Shown here in pieces: positions 40,430 to 51,680 of a DNA stretch of 64,000 nucleotides. The position numbers were made by a program, and so were the translations under genes. Every line of letters starts with the position of its first letter. The stretch's first letter is position 1. Under the pieces are notes generated by a model that was not told the origin of the DNA, made no database searches, and was given only the letters and a program-made list of their open reading frames with translations. The DNA lies in NCBI GenBank assembly GCA_900316375.1, contig ONCS01000014.1, positions 16,460 through 80,459 of the forward strand, read 5' to 3'. This DNA comes from an uncultured Succinatimonas sp. (lineage in GTDB: Bacteria > Pseudomonadota > Gammaproteobacteria > Enterobacterales > Succinivibrionaceae).

Positions 40430-40442
40430 AAGTTAATTATAA

Positions 40443-41492
<1,050 letters not shown>

Positions 41493-41678
41493 TTACTAGG
41501 GTCCAACGCCGAAGTTAAAAAGGCTTTTTTTTATTATTACAATCTCAACGGATTATATAAGCGCAAAGTATAACACACAGATCCTGTATTGTGCTTTATC
41601 TAGGCGTTTTGAATAGAAAATTATTTAATCTATCACACAAAATTTTTGCGCAAAATAATCATCAATTGCGAAAAATGA

Positions 41679-41713
41679 AAAAGCCTAGATAAGTTTGCAC
41701 CAATCTAGGCTTT
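41679..41713 (-). terminator. Intrinsic terminator after ssb
   Basis: AAAGCCTAGAT / ATCTAGGCTTT arms with T run on the minus strand. Confidence 0.75.
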
Positions 41714-41734
41714 GAAATTACAAAATTCTAAAAA

Positions 41735-42472
41735 TTAGAATGGAAGATCATCATCTACACTACCATCCATGGTGCTAGTGTTTTGAACGTTGATTTGTGG
41801 CTCTTTAGGTAAAGTTTGAGCACTTGTGTTATTTGGTGCCATGGTATTATTACCAGGGTAAGCAGGAGCTTGGTTTACCTGACCATAGTTTTGAGCTGGT
41901 GCTTGTTGCATACCGTAAGCATTGTTTTGTGGTGCTGACTGTACGTTTTGAGTTGGGAAACCAGATACTGCTTGAGTAGGAGCTTGATTGCCATAGGCAT
42001 TAGCATTGCTATAGCTGTTAGCTTGTGGAGCACCGTAGCTATTGTTACCATAGCTTTGGCTACCTTGAGCTGCACTATAAGAGTTTCTTGGCTCTTGAAT
42101 ATTGTACTCGTCAGGTGCTGCGCCTGCGTTTTGAGCTCTACCACCTAACATTTGCATTTCATCAGCTACAATTTCAGTAATTGAACGCTTGATGTTCTGC
42201 TTGTCAGTGTATGAACGAGTGCGAAGCTTACCTTCAACGTAGATTTGTGATCCTTTGTGTAACCATTGATGAGCAATTTCTGCTAATTTGCCCCACATCA
42301 CCACACGGTGCCACTCAGCAAGCTCTGTAGGCTGGCCAGTTTCGATGTTCTTGCGCATCTCGTTAGTTACCATAGAGATGTTTACAACAGCTGTACCTGA
42401 ATTAGTGGTTCTAAACTGAGGCTCATCACCTAAATTACCAATCAATATTACTTTATTAACTCCGCGAGCCAT
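41735..42472 (-). CDS. ssb: Single-stranded DNA-binding protein with long low-complexity linker
   Basis: RGVNKVILIGNLG, EWHRVV, GSQIYVEGKLRTR, C-terminal DDDLPF; divergent from uvrA. Confidence 0.97.
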   Translation of the reverse strand: MARGVNKVILIGNLGDEPQFRTTNSGTAVVNISMVTNEMRKNIETGQPTELAEWHRVVMWGKLAEIAHQWLHKGSQIYVEGKLRTRSYTDKQNIKRSITEIVADEMQMLGGRAQNAGAAPDEYNIQEPRNSYSAAQGSQSYGNNSYGAPQANSYSNANAYGNQAPTQAVSGFPTQNVQSAPQNNAYGMQQAPAQNYGQVNQAPAYPGNNTMAPNNTSAQTLPKEPQINVQNTSTMDGSVDDDLPF

Positions 42473-42741
42473 AAAATTTCCTTTAAAGTTACGATAAATA
42501 AAAAATGCTTTTGGAATGACTATTGTAAAGGCAAAATTTTAAAGACTTTATTTTAAGTGGGAAAAAGTGCAAATAAGCTTCCCTTAAAAGTCCAATTTTG
42601 CTCTCAAAAACGTCAAAAAATTCTTTTAATATAATACTTTAAAAATGATAAAAAAATTTAGGTATTAAGTGCAAATTTACAAAAAAAATCTACCTAAAAT
42701 TGGTACAATTTGAGGCAAATTTTAAAGATGCTATAAATTCT

Positions 42742-45585
42742 ATGGATAAGATCACTATTCGTGGCGCTAGAACCCACAATCTACAAAATTTAAACCTCTC
42801 AATACCTCGTAATCAGCTTGTTGTAATTACAGGTCGAAGTGGCTCTGGTAAATCATCATTAGCCTTTGATACTTTATATGCTGAAGGTCAAAGACGTTAT
42901 GTTGAGTCTTTATCATCGTACGCTAGACAATTCTTATCTTTAATGGATAAGCCTGATGTTGATTCTATTGATGGTCTATCACCTGCAATTTCTATTGAGC
43001 AAAAAGCAACTTCTCATAACCCTCGTTCAACTGTAGGTACTGTAACTGAAATTCATGATTACCTCCGTTTGATGTGGGCTCGTATTGGTGTAGCAAAATG
43101 CCCAGAGCATGGCACTGTACTTAAAGCACAAACTGTCTCTCAAATGGTAGATGCGGTCTTAAAACTACCTGAGGGGACTAAAGTTATGATCATGTCTCCT
43201 ATCGTGCGTGGTCGTAAAGGTGAGTACAAACAGCTATTTTCTGATTTAGTTAAAGATGGTTTTATAAGAGCAAGAGTAGACAATGAGATCTGCGACTTAT
43301 CAGATCCTCCTGATCTGGCTTTAAGAGAAAAACACACCATTGAGCTTATCGTAGATAGAATTAAAGTTCGTGATGATCTAAAACAAAGACTTGCTGACTC
43401 TTTTGAAACCGCTTTAAAGTACTCTGAAGGTTTAGCACTAGTCGCTCCTATGGATGAGCATAAAGCTGAAGATGAGCAACTCTTCTCATCTCACTACTCT
43501 TGTCCAATTTGTGGTTATTCAATCCCAGAGCTAGAACCTCGTAACTTCTCATTTAATAATCCTCATGGTTCTTGCCCTAAGTGTGAAGGCTTAGGTGCGA
43601 TGATGATCTTAGATGAAGATAAGATTGTCCCTGATAAAGATAAGTCTATTTACGAAGGTGCGATAGCAGGTTGGGATAGAGCAAATCCTTTCTTTTACAG
43701 ACAACTTGAAGCTGTTGCTAATTACTTTGATATTGATTTAAAAAAGCCTTATAAAGAGCTAACTGATAAAGAGCGCAAGTTAATCTTAAATGGCACTGGT
43801 AAAACCGCTATTCCGATGGAGATCATTTACTCTGGTGGTAAAAAATCTCGTTCAAGTGTTGAGCCATTTGAAGGTGTTATCAATAACTACGAAAGACGTC
43901 TTCATGAGACAGAGTCTGAGTACGTTCGTTACTATATTTCAAAGCTGATGCGTCCTCTACCATGCCCAGAGTGTCATGGAACCAGACTTAAAAAAGAATA
44001 CTGCCACGTCTTTGTTGGTGGTAAGAGCTTACCTGAGATTAACAATTACTCTATAAAAGATTGCTATGACTTCTTTGAAAACTTAAAACTTTCAGAGCAA
44101 GAAATGGGAATTGCTAGTCGTGTTTTAAAGGAGATTAAAGCAAGACTTGGTTTCTTAATTAACGTAGGTTTAGGTTATTTAACATTATCACGCTCTGCTG
44201 AAACTTTATCAGGAGGAGAGGCTCAACGTATTCGTCTAGCTAGTCAAATTGGCGCAGGACTTACTGGTGTGATGTATGTTCTAGATGAGCCAAGTATTGG
44301 TTTACATCAAAGAGATAACTCAAAGTTACTAGATACTTTAAAGAATTTACGTGACATTGGTAATACTGTAATTGTTGTAGAGCACGATGAAGATACTATG
44401 CGTGCTGCTGACTACATCCTAGATATTGGCCCTGGTGCTGGTATCAACGGTGGTAAGGTGGTAGCAGCTGGTCCTGTAGATGTTATTGAGGCAAATAAAG
44501 ACTCTTTAACTGGTGATTATCTAGCAGGTCGTAAAAAGATTGAAATACCTAAAAAGAGAGTTAAAGCTTTAAAGTCAAAGATGCTAACCTTAGAAGGATG
44601 CACTGGTAATAACTTAAAGGATATCTCAGTTTCTTTCCCTGTAGGTTGCTTTGTTGTAGTAACTGGTGTTTCTGGCTCTGGTAAATCTACCTTAGTTAAC
44701 GATACCTTAGTTAGAGTTGCCGAGCGCAAATTAAATGGCGTAATAGCTAATGACGATCCAGCTCCTTATAAGAATATTAAAGGTTTAGAGCACTTTGATA
44801 AGATCATTTGTATCGATCAAAGCCCAATTGGTAGAACTCCACGTTCAAATCCTGCTACCTATGTAGGACTATTCTCTGATATTCGTGATTTGTTCTCAAA
44901 AACCCCAGAAGCTCGTGCTCGTGGTTATGGACCTGGAAGATTCTCCTTTAATGTTAAAGGTGGTCGTTGCGAGGCTTGTCAAGGTGACGGTACTATCAAG
45001 GTATCGATGAACTTCTTACCTGATGTTTATGTAAAGTGCGAACAGTGCCAAGGTAAGCGCTATAACCGTGAAACCTTAGAAGTCTTATACAAAGGTAAGA
45101 CTATTTCTGATGTACTAGAAATGAATGTAGAGCAAGCTTTAGAGTTCTTTGAGGCAGTTCCATCAATTGCCTCAAAACTTAAGACTTTAATGCAAGTAGG
45201 TTTGTCTTATATTACTTTAGGACAAGCTGCTACTACCTTCTCAGGTGGTGAAGCTCAACGTATTAAACTATCTAAAGAGCTCTCAAAAAGAGCAACTGGT
45301 AAGACACTGTATGTTTTAGATGAGCCTACAACCGGTTTACACTTTGAAGATGTAAAACTATTACTTGAAGTGTTACTTAAATTGCGCGATCAAGGTAATA
45401 CTGTAGTTGTGATTGAACACAATTTAGATGTAATTAAAACAGCTGACTACCTTATTGATTTAGGTCCTGAAGGTGGTAGCGGTGGTGGACAGGTTGTAGC
45501 CTGCGGCACCCCTGAGGAGATCTGCAAGTGTGAAAAGTCATTTACAGGTCAATTCTTAAAACCAATTTTAGAGCGCGGCTATTAA
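42742..45585 (+). CDS. uvrA: Excinuclease ABC subunit A
   Basis: [14 protein letters not shown] (ATG 42742), two Walker A motifs ([16 protein letters not shown]), LSGGEAQR, zinc fingers. Confidence 0.98.
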   Translation: MDKITIRGARTHNLQNLNLSIPRNQLVVITGRSGSGKSSLAFDTLYAEGQRRYVESLSSYARQFLSLMDKPDVDSIDGLSPAISIEQKATSHNPRSTVGTVTEIHDYLRLMWARIGVAKCPEHGTVLKAQTVSQMVDAVLKLPEGTKVMIMSPIVRGRKGEYKQLFSDLVKDGFIRARVDNEICDLSDPPDLALREKHTIELIVDRIKVRDDLKQRLADSFETALKYSEGLALVAPMDEHKAEDEQLFSSHYSCPICGYSIPELEPRNFSFNNPHGSCPKCEGLGAMMILDEDKIVPDKDKSIYEGAIAGWDRANPFFYRQLEAVANYFDIDLKKPYKELTDKERKLILNGTGKTAIPMEIIYSGGKKSRSSVEPFEGVINNYERRLHETESEYVRYYISKLMRPLPCPECHGTRLKKEYCHVFVGGKSLPEINNYSIKDCYDFFENLKLSEQEMGIASRVLKEIKARLGFLINVGLGYLTLSRSAETLSGGEAQRIRLASQIGAGLTGVMYVLDEPSIGLHQRDNSKLLDTLKNLRDIGNTVIVVEHDEDTMRAADYILDIGPGAGINGGKVVAAGPVDVIEANKDSLTGDYLAGRKKIEIPKKRVKALKSKMLTLEGCTGNNLKDISVSFPVGCFVVVTGVSGSGKSTLVNDTLVRVAERKLNGVIANDDPAPYKNIKGLEHFDKIICIDQSPIGRTPRSNPATYVGLFSDIRDLFSKTPEARARGYGPGRFSFNVKGGRCEACQGDGTIKVSMNFLPDVYVKCEQCQGKRYNRETLEVLYKGKTISDVLEMNVEQALEFFEAVPSIASKLKTLMQVGLSYITLGQAATTFSGGEAQRIKLSKELSKRATGKTLYVLDEPTTGLHFEDVKLLLEVLLKLRDQGNTVVVIEHNLDVIKTADYLIDLGPEGGSGGGQVVACGTPEEICKCEKSFTGQFLKPILERGY

Positions 45586-45606
45586 GTCATGCATTTAGGA
45601 GACAAT

Positions 45607-45987
45607 ATGAGTCAATTAACAGAAAAAGAGTTTGAAGCAATTAAGGCTTTAAACGCTGAATATAGACAAGCAATGTTTAAGCGTGTAAGTGCTGAGATTG
45701 AAGGCTTGTACGTGCTTGTTGATAATGATGGTCCTTTAATTTTAGAAGACACAGAAGAAGATGATGAGCACAATTTATACAGTGTGCTACCAGTTTGGTC
45801 TCATGAGCAATTAGCAACTGCTTATGCTCAAGATAATAAGCTTGAAGGCATGAAAGCTCAGTTTATTACCAAAAAAGCTTGGAATGAAAGCTGGGTACCT
45901 ATGTTTAAAGAGCAGCAAAAGGTACTAATTGGCTTTATGCCAATAGGAGAGGCAGACTTCTCTGTAGATGATCCTCAAGAGATCTAA
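45607..45987 (+). CDS. DUF2750-like protein
   Basis: Short acidic protein with LPVWSHEQLA..Y and W..SWVP pattern resembling DUF2750 from memory; AGGAG SD before ATG 45607. Confidence 0.55.
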   Translation: MSQLTEKEFEAIKALNAEYRQAMFKRVSAEIEGLYVLVDNDGPLILEDTEEDDEHNLYSVLPVWSHEQLATAYAQDNKLEGMKAQFITKKAWNESWVPMFKEQQKVLIGFMPIGEADFSVDDPQEI

Positions 45988-46002
45988 TATAGTCTTAAAC
46001 TT

Positions 46003-46027
46003 AAAGCTAGGCTTTCCACCTAGCTTT
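46003..46027. terminator. Bidirectional terminator
   Basis: AAAGCTAGG-CTTTCCA-CCTAGCTTT between convergent genes. Confidence 0.8.
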
Positions 46028-46030
46028 TTG

Positions 46031-47023
46031 CTATTCTTGATAAGGCTCTACGCCTTGAGCTTTACTTTTATTAACCAATCTTTCGCGATACCACATCTGA
46101 TAAGCGTTAATCACGTTTTGCCAAAGAATTAGACCTCCTGACAAAATTGAAGTGGTTGGATCTAAAAAGCTTACCGCAACCCAAATTCCAAATAGGTTGT
46201 TTTTCTGACCTAAAGCTTGGCCACTACTAATTCTTTGTTTTTCAAATTGACCAATTAACTTGCCTAGGGCAAACATACATATAGAGCAGATCATACTTAC
46301 TAGTGCCATCAAGATTAAAGTCTGATTTGAGCATTGAGCATGTGCTACATAGGCAAAGGTTTGAGCAGATAGGACAAAGATAATAAAGGCCCATAAGTAA
46401 AAGCCTAAATCTTTAGTATGAGTTAGTAAAAATTGATGGAGTTTTTTGAAAAATACTCTAATCACAATAGCTGTTACTAAAGGAAAGACAATCATTGGAA
46501 AGACTTTAAAAGAGATCTTTAAAAACTCATCAATAAAAGGTAAATCTTGCTTGGAAACTAAGGGGAAGATAATAGGAATAAAAATAGCAGCAGCTAAATT
46601 ACTTAACATGATGTAAGTAGTTAAGGTTGATTCATTTCCGCCTAATTTTCCGGTGATAACTGATGCAGAAGCAGCGGTTGGGGTAATAAAAGCCACCATT
46701 AAACCTAAGAGAATTAAGCTGTCATCAACTACATCAAAGTAATGAATATATAAAGCAATGGTTGCACAAGAGGCAACTTGGAAAATTACATTTATTAAGT
46801 GCCAAGCACGAGGCTTCATCTCTTTGAATTTAATCTTAATAAAAGCTAGAAATAAAATTGCAAACAGCACATATGGAAGAGATTTACTTACAGCGTAGGC
46901 TGCTGGTTTTAAAGGATTTAAAGCATCTATAAAGTGAAACATTAAAAAAACTAATAGACCTGAGAAAATTGCAATCATCAGAGAAAAAGGTCTTAGTTTT
47001 TTCAAAAAGGAAGTAAAGCTCAT
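46031..47023 (-). CDS. Bile acid:Na+ symporter (BASS/SBF)-like membrane transporter
   Basis: About 10 TM segments, TPTAASASVITGKLGG and GQALGQKN crossover motifs. Confidence 0.65.
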   Translation of the reverse strand: MSFTSFLKKLRPFSLMIAIFSGLLVFLMFHFIDALNPLKPAAYAVSKSLPYVLFAILFLAFIKIKFKEMKPRAWHLINVIFQVASCATIALYIHYFDVVDDSLILLGLMVAFITPTAASASVITGKLGGNESTLTTYIMLSNLAAAIFIPIIFPLVSKQDLPFIDEFLKISFKVFPMIVFPLVTAIVIRVFFKKLHQFLLTHTKDLGFYLWAFIIFVLSAQTFAYVAHAQCSNQTLILMALVSMICSICMFALGKLIGQFEKQRISSGQALGQKNNLFGIWVAVSFLDPTTSILSGGLILWQNVINAYQMWYRERLVNKSKAQGVEPYQE

Positions 47024-47108
47024 AGTTTTTTCTAAAAATTAAGTTCGCTAATATGAAAATACTTAAAATTGCGATAATATCAGACAATCAAAATAGATAA
47101 GGAATATT

Positions 47109-48476
47109 ATGAGCTCATTTAACGAAGATTTAAAACAAAATGAAGCAAAATTAGAAGAAAGAGCTTCATACGTTATCGATTATGCTAAAAAATTAGGCGC
47201 TGATGAGTGCAGTGTGGGCATGGCTGGCTATCAAGGTTTATCTGTATCTAGCCGTGATGCTGAAGTTGAAAACGTTGAATTTAGTAAATCAAGTGGCCTA
47301 GGAATCACTGTTTATAAAGATCATAAAAAAGGCAGTGCTTCTACTACTGATTTATCAACTGAGGCTTTACATAATTGCGTGCAATCAGCTCTTGCAATTG
47401 CCTCATACTCAAATCCTGATGAGTTTGCAGGTATTGCTGAAAAAGAATTACTTTGTACTGAGTTTAAAGATTTAGATTTAGTTAGTGAGTCAAAACTAAC
47501 AGCCGATGATCAAGTTCAGTTTTGTATTGAGCTTGAGCAAATGGCCTTAGATAAGAAAGCACAAGGTATTAAGAAAACTGATGGTGCTGATTTTAATACC
47601 GGTATTTACACAGGTGTGTTTGCTAATTCAAATGGCTATTGTAAAGCAAGTTCAAGTACCTTTTCAGTATCAAGTTTAGTGCTCTTAGGAGAAGATGACT
47701 CTAAGAAGATGTATCGAGGCTATAGTTCTTCTATAGGCTTTGGTCCAGATGAGCTATTTTCAAAAGAGCGTATTGTTAATGAAGCTATTGAAAAGACTCA
47801 AGAAAAACTTAATGCTCACCCAGTAAAAACAGGTGTCTATAATGTGATCTTCCATCGCAACATGGTATCAAGCCTATGGATGGCATTATTTGGAGCTATC
47901 TCTGGTGGTAATTTATTCCGTCGTCGCTCATTTCTTTGTGATAGCTTAAATACCCAAATTTTAAATGACTATGTAACTATTCACGAAGATCCTTTCTTAA
48001 AGCATAAAATCGGTTCTAGAAACAGCGATGGTGAAGGTGTAAGAGTTAAGCCTTGTGACATCGTCAAAGATGGTGTACTCAAAGAGTATCTTTTAGGTTG
48101 TTATTCTGCTCGTAAGCTTGGCATGAAGTCTAATGGTCATGCTAGCGGTACTGCTAATATTGATATCTCTTTTGGTAAAGATCACACTGTAGGTAGTTTC
48201 GATGAGCTCTTAAAGCAGGCAGGGGAAGGTTTAGTTATCACAAGTTTAATGGGGCAAGGTCTTGACATCATCAGTGGTAACTTCTCATATGGAGCTACAG
48301 GCTATTACTTTAAAAATGGCGTGAAGGTTCATGCGGTAAATGAAATTACCATTGCTGGTAATTTAAAAGACATGCTCAAAAACTTAGCATTAGTTGCTGA
48401 GGATTTAGATGACAGACCTCGTATGATTAACTGTGGCTCTGTACTTATTCCAAATATGACAGTCTCTGGTACCTAA
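47109..48476 (+). CDS. pmbA: Metalloprotease partner PmbA (TldE)
   Basis: GITVYKDHKKGSAST, DGEGV, GQGLDIISGNFSYGA, EITIAGNLKDM. Confidence 0.92.
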   Translation: MSSFNEDLKQNEAKLEERASYVIDYAKKLGADECSVGMAGYQGLSVSSRDAEVENVEFSKSSGLGITVYKDHKKGSASTTDLSTEALHNCVQSALAIASYSNPDEFAGIAEKELLCTEFKDLDLVSESKLTADDQVQFCIELEQMALDKKAQGIKKTDGADFNTGIYTGVFANSNGYCKASSSTFSVSSLVLLGEDDSKKMYRGYSSSIGFGPDELFSKERIVNEAIEKTQEKLNAHPVKTGVYNVIFHRNMVSSLWMALFGAISGGNLFRRRSFLCDSLNTQILNDYVTIHEDPFLKHKIGSRNSDGEGVRVKPCDIVKDGVLKEYLLGCYSARKLGMKSNGHASGTANIDISFGKDHTVGSFDELLKQAGEGLVITSLMGQGLDIISGNFSYGATGYYFKNGVKVHAVNEITIAGNLKDMLKNLALVAEDLDDRPRMINCGSVLIPNMTVSGT

Positions 48477-48492
48477 TAAAACACCAAAAACG

Positions 48493-48519
48493 AAAAAGGA
48501 CTGCTTAGCAGTCCTTTTT
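48493..48519. terminator. Bidirectional terminator pmbA/fliL
   Basis: AAAAAGGACTGC-TTA-GCAGTCCTTTTT perfect stem. Confidence 0.85.
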
Positions 48520-48535
48520 CCTTGATAATCTCTAA

Positions 48536-48976
48536 TTACTGATACATATAACTTAAGAATAAGACATCAGCAATAATTTGCTTACCAAACTTATCTTGCA
48601 TAATTTGAATGATCTTATCGCGACATTCAATTCTAATTCTCTCACGAGCTTCATTAGTTGCAACTTGACCAAACTCTTTAGAGCCTAAGATAGTAATTAC
48701 AGCATCTTTAATTACAGGCTCAACGTCAGCAATAATGCTAGTATCATTGCTATCTTCTAGCATTAAGCTCATCTTCACACGCACATAATGAATTTTATCG
48801 CGTGGATTTAAGGTTGCAACATTAGTAGTTAAGTCTGGAGTTATGGTGTAGTAACCAATTTCAGGCTCAGCTGGAGCTTCTTCAACAACTTCCTCTCCAC
48901 CATGACTTGCATAAGCAAATTGGCATAAAACCATAGATAGAGCTACTAATAAACTTTTCACAAAAGTAAGTTTCAT
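48536..48976 (-). CDS. Orphan FliL-like protein
   Basis: N-terminal hydrophobic segment, YYTITPDLTTN, HYVRV, P.IKDAVI, VLFLSYMYQ pattern of FliL family. Confidence 0.72.
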   Translation of the reverse strand: MKLTFVKSLLVALSMVLCQFAYASHGGEEVVEEAPAEPEIGYYTITPDLTTNVATLNPRDKIHYVRVKMSLMLEDSNDTSIIADVEPVIKDAVITILGSKEFGQVATNEARERIRIECRDKIIQIMQDKFGKQIIADVLFLSYMYQ

Positions 48977-48985
48977 AAAAAATCC

Positions 48986-51451
48986 TTATGAATTAACGGT
49001 GCCTTCAAGATTTTGTTCATCGTACTTACGAGTTAATACTCGACCATTTAAGATACGAACATCTCTTGCACCAAGTAAAGGAGAGGCAGCTTTATTAAGT
49101 TTTTCCACCTTCTCTTTATTAACGTAAATAGTCTTGTCTTCTTTAACTTCAAAGTACTTGTGTCTAATAAATGTATCACACATGATCTTAAATAAAATAG
49201 GATCAGCAAACTCTGGAGAGTTATTAGTTACCTCTACAGGTAATCTCTTTGAGTAGGTAATACACTTATTTACAAAGGTTGGAACATCAGTTGAGCCATC
49301 TCTTGTATTACGTAGTGCAGTTACTGCAACTAAGTAACGTACTAGGTTGTGGTAAATACAACGAGATAAGATGTAGAACTCTTCATAACCATCACCTGAG
49401 ACAAATAACATATCTTTATCGCGGGTAATGTAACCTTCAATTAAGAAGTTATCTAAGTACTTATCAATTAGATGATCAAGATCTTCCTCATCAACAGGAG
49501 CAAAGAGCTCATGACGTAGGAAGTAGAATAAAGAGCGCGCATGTGAACGCACATCTTCACGTAGAATATGACCATTTCTAATAATAATATTGGCAAGCAA
49601 TGCAGGAAGGGCAAATAAGTGCACGATATTATTCTGGAAATAAGTTAGCTGCAAGGTTTGACCATGACTTGGACGAACGAATTTCATATCATCGCCTACA
49701 TCATAGACATGGAACTTATTAAGATCAGTTGCCTGTTTAATTAAAGTTGAAGTGGTGGCAGCTGGAATTGATTGTCTGCGTTTTGGATCAACATGTAAGA
49801 GTTTTAGATACATATCGATACACTTTTGTAACTGACACACACTCATGGCGTGATCAGCTACGTTCATGATAGCTAAAGCGCAAAGGTTAATACCATTGAT
49901 AGTAGCAGAATCATTTAAGTTAATAATAATTCTGTGAGCCATCTGGACCACAGTTTCATTTAGCCAAGCAGGACGAGCGGTACCTGTAGGATCTATATCT
50001 TTTTTCCAATCAGGTGCGTATTGATTTAAAAACTTAGGCACAATTACAGGTTTACCAAAGGTAACGTAACCACGGCCGTAGTTTCTAAAACGCTTAAAGA
50101 TACCTAGTAATTGACCTGCGCTTTCCTTTTTCTTACTCTCGCCATTTAGCTCACGCATGTAGTTACCTACTTCTGATACATGCTCATAGCCTAAGTAAGT
50201 TGGAATAAAGGCAACAGGGCGATTATTACCACGAAGCTGAGATTGAACAGTCATTGCCACCATACCTGTTCTTGGAGGGAGGGTACGACCTGTTCTTGAA
50301 CGACCACCTTCAATGAAGAACTCGGTTGCAAAGCCATTTTCAAATAATAGGTTTAAGTATTCACGGAAGATAGTGATATAGAACTCATCACCTTTCATCT
50401 TACGGCGAATAAAGTATGAACCACAACGTCTAATTAGTGGACCTACAGGGAAGAAGTTTAAGTTATCACCTGAGGCAATTTGTGGTAGTGGTAAACCTTC
50501 ATGGAATAAGACAAAGGTTAGTAACACATAGTCCATGTGCGATCTGTGACATGGGATATAAATGATCTCATGGCCTGTCTGCACTAGCTGACGTACCATA
50601 TTAGCGCCGATAACCGTTTGACCTTGATACATTCTCTTCCATAAGTGGGAGATAATGCCATTTAGGAATTTGATAAGAGGGTAACGGGTATCAGCTACCA
50701 TTACATCTAGAATGTTGCGAGCTTTATTTTCAAGCTCTTCTTTAGTTTTACCTGTCGCACTTGCCTCTTTTTCAATAGCATCTTGTACAGCAGGTTTGCT
50801 GATAATATCTTCAATTACCATCTGTCTATTAGGTAATGGCTTACCAATAATAGAGCGCGCTTTTTTCATGAATAAAAGACGGAAGGTACGATTTAAATCT
50901 TCAGAGAACCTTGCGCCATCAAAGCGTTTTACAGCATCTGAGATATTAAAAGCATTACAGAAAATGGTGCAGTTATCACGACCTGAGAAGATCATGTTAA
51001 AGAACTTTTTAACAGCAGGGGTAGCTGCGTTGTAGCCATTTAAAGCTAGCTTATCAATACCAGGGTTACGAGACCACAATACACTAATGGATACTACCTG
51101 GATTTCACGACCTGTGGTTTTATATAAGTCATACCATTTTTCAAAGGTAGGCATTAAATCGTAATAACGAGTCTTTTTACCAGAGAAAAAGCCAGGGCTT
51201 CTTAAGTAGCAAACACGAGGGATCTTCTTACCAAATAAACTAATTTCATTAAATGGGGATGGTAGCCCCATTCTTTGTGTAGCACGTTCGATACACATTA
51301 AGTTACTTAATGAAGATGATACCGTTACATACACAATGATCTTAGATTTATCAATGTGAAGAGCCTTTTCTGGCTCATATGGAATAGTGTCGCATTTAGT
51401 AAAAAGTCTAAATGGCCAATAAAAAAGTGCTCTTAAGACGTGATCTAGCAT
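48986..51451 (-). CDS. plsB: Glycerol-3-phosphate 1-O-acyltransferase PlsB
   Basis: IPCHRSHMDY (HX4D), FIRR, FFIEGGRSRTG; 821 aa. Confidence 0.95.
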   Translation of the reverse strand: MLDHVLRALFYWPFRLFTKCDTIPYEPEKALHIDKSKIIVYVTVSSSLSNLMCIERATQRMGLPSPFNEISLFGKKIPRVCYLRSPGFFSGKKTRYYDLMPTFEKWYDLYKTTGREIQVVSISVLWSRNPGIDKLALNGYNAATPAVKKFFNMIFSGRDNCTIFCNAFNISDAVKRFDGARFSEDLNRTFRLLFMKKARSIIGKPLPNRQMVIEDIISKPAVQDAIEKEASATGKTKEELENKARNILDVMVADTRYPLIKFLNGIISHLWKRMYQGQTVIGANMVRQLVQTGHEIIYIPCHRSHMDYVLLTFVLFHEGLPLPQIASGDNLNFFPVGPLIRRCGSYFIRRKMKGDEFYITIFREYLNLLFENGFATEFFIEGGRSRTGRTLPPRTGMVAMTVQSQLRGNNRPVAFIPTYLGYEHVSEVGNYMRELNGESKKKESAGQLLGIFKRFRNYGRGYVTFGKPVIVPKFLNQYAPDWKKDIDPTGTARPAWLNETVVQMAHRIIINLNDSATINGINLCALAIMNVADHAMSVCQLQKCIDMYLKLLHVDPKRRQSIPAATTSTLIKQATDLNKFHVYDVGDDMKFVRPSHGQTLQLTYFQNNIVHLFALPALLANIIIRNGHILREDVRSHARSLFYFLRHELFAPVDEEDLDHLIDKYLDNFLIEGYITRDKDMLFVSGDGYEEFYILSRCIYHNLVRYLVAVTALRNTRDGSTDVPTFVNKCITYSKRLPVEVTNNSPEFADPILFKIMCDTFIRHKYFEVKEDKTIYVNKEKVEKLNKAASPLLGARDVRILNGRVLTRKYDEQNLEGTVNS

Positions 51452-51680
51452 AAGTATTCACAAGCTTTTTAAGCTTATCTCCTCATATAACTTATTATGT
51501 AAGGTACTTTCTTATATATTGTAGTAAGTGTCCATCAGTTATTTTAGTAGATATCTCACTTTATATTGTATAGAGTTGAGACTTTTTTTTAATTATGAGG
51601 TTTTGCTCAGTCACTTTCTTTGACTTTTGCTAGAATGAGCTCAATTTAGACATATTTTTTTAAGGCATAAAAACAAAAAA

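Noticed and set aside
41875-42148. Two overlapping ORFs (89 aa and 66 aa) within ssb
   Set aside because: Alternative-frame and antisense products of the low-complexity linker.
50712-51035. 107-aa plus-strand ORF
   Set aside because: Antisense shadow of plsB. The same reasoning applies to the other short track ORFs nested in or opposite to long genes.
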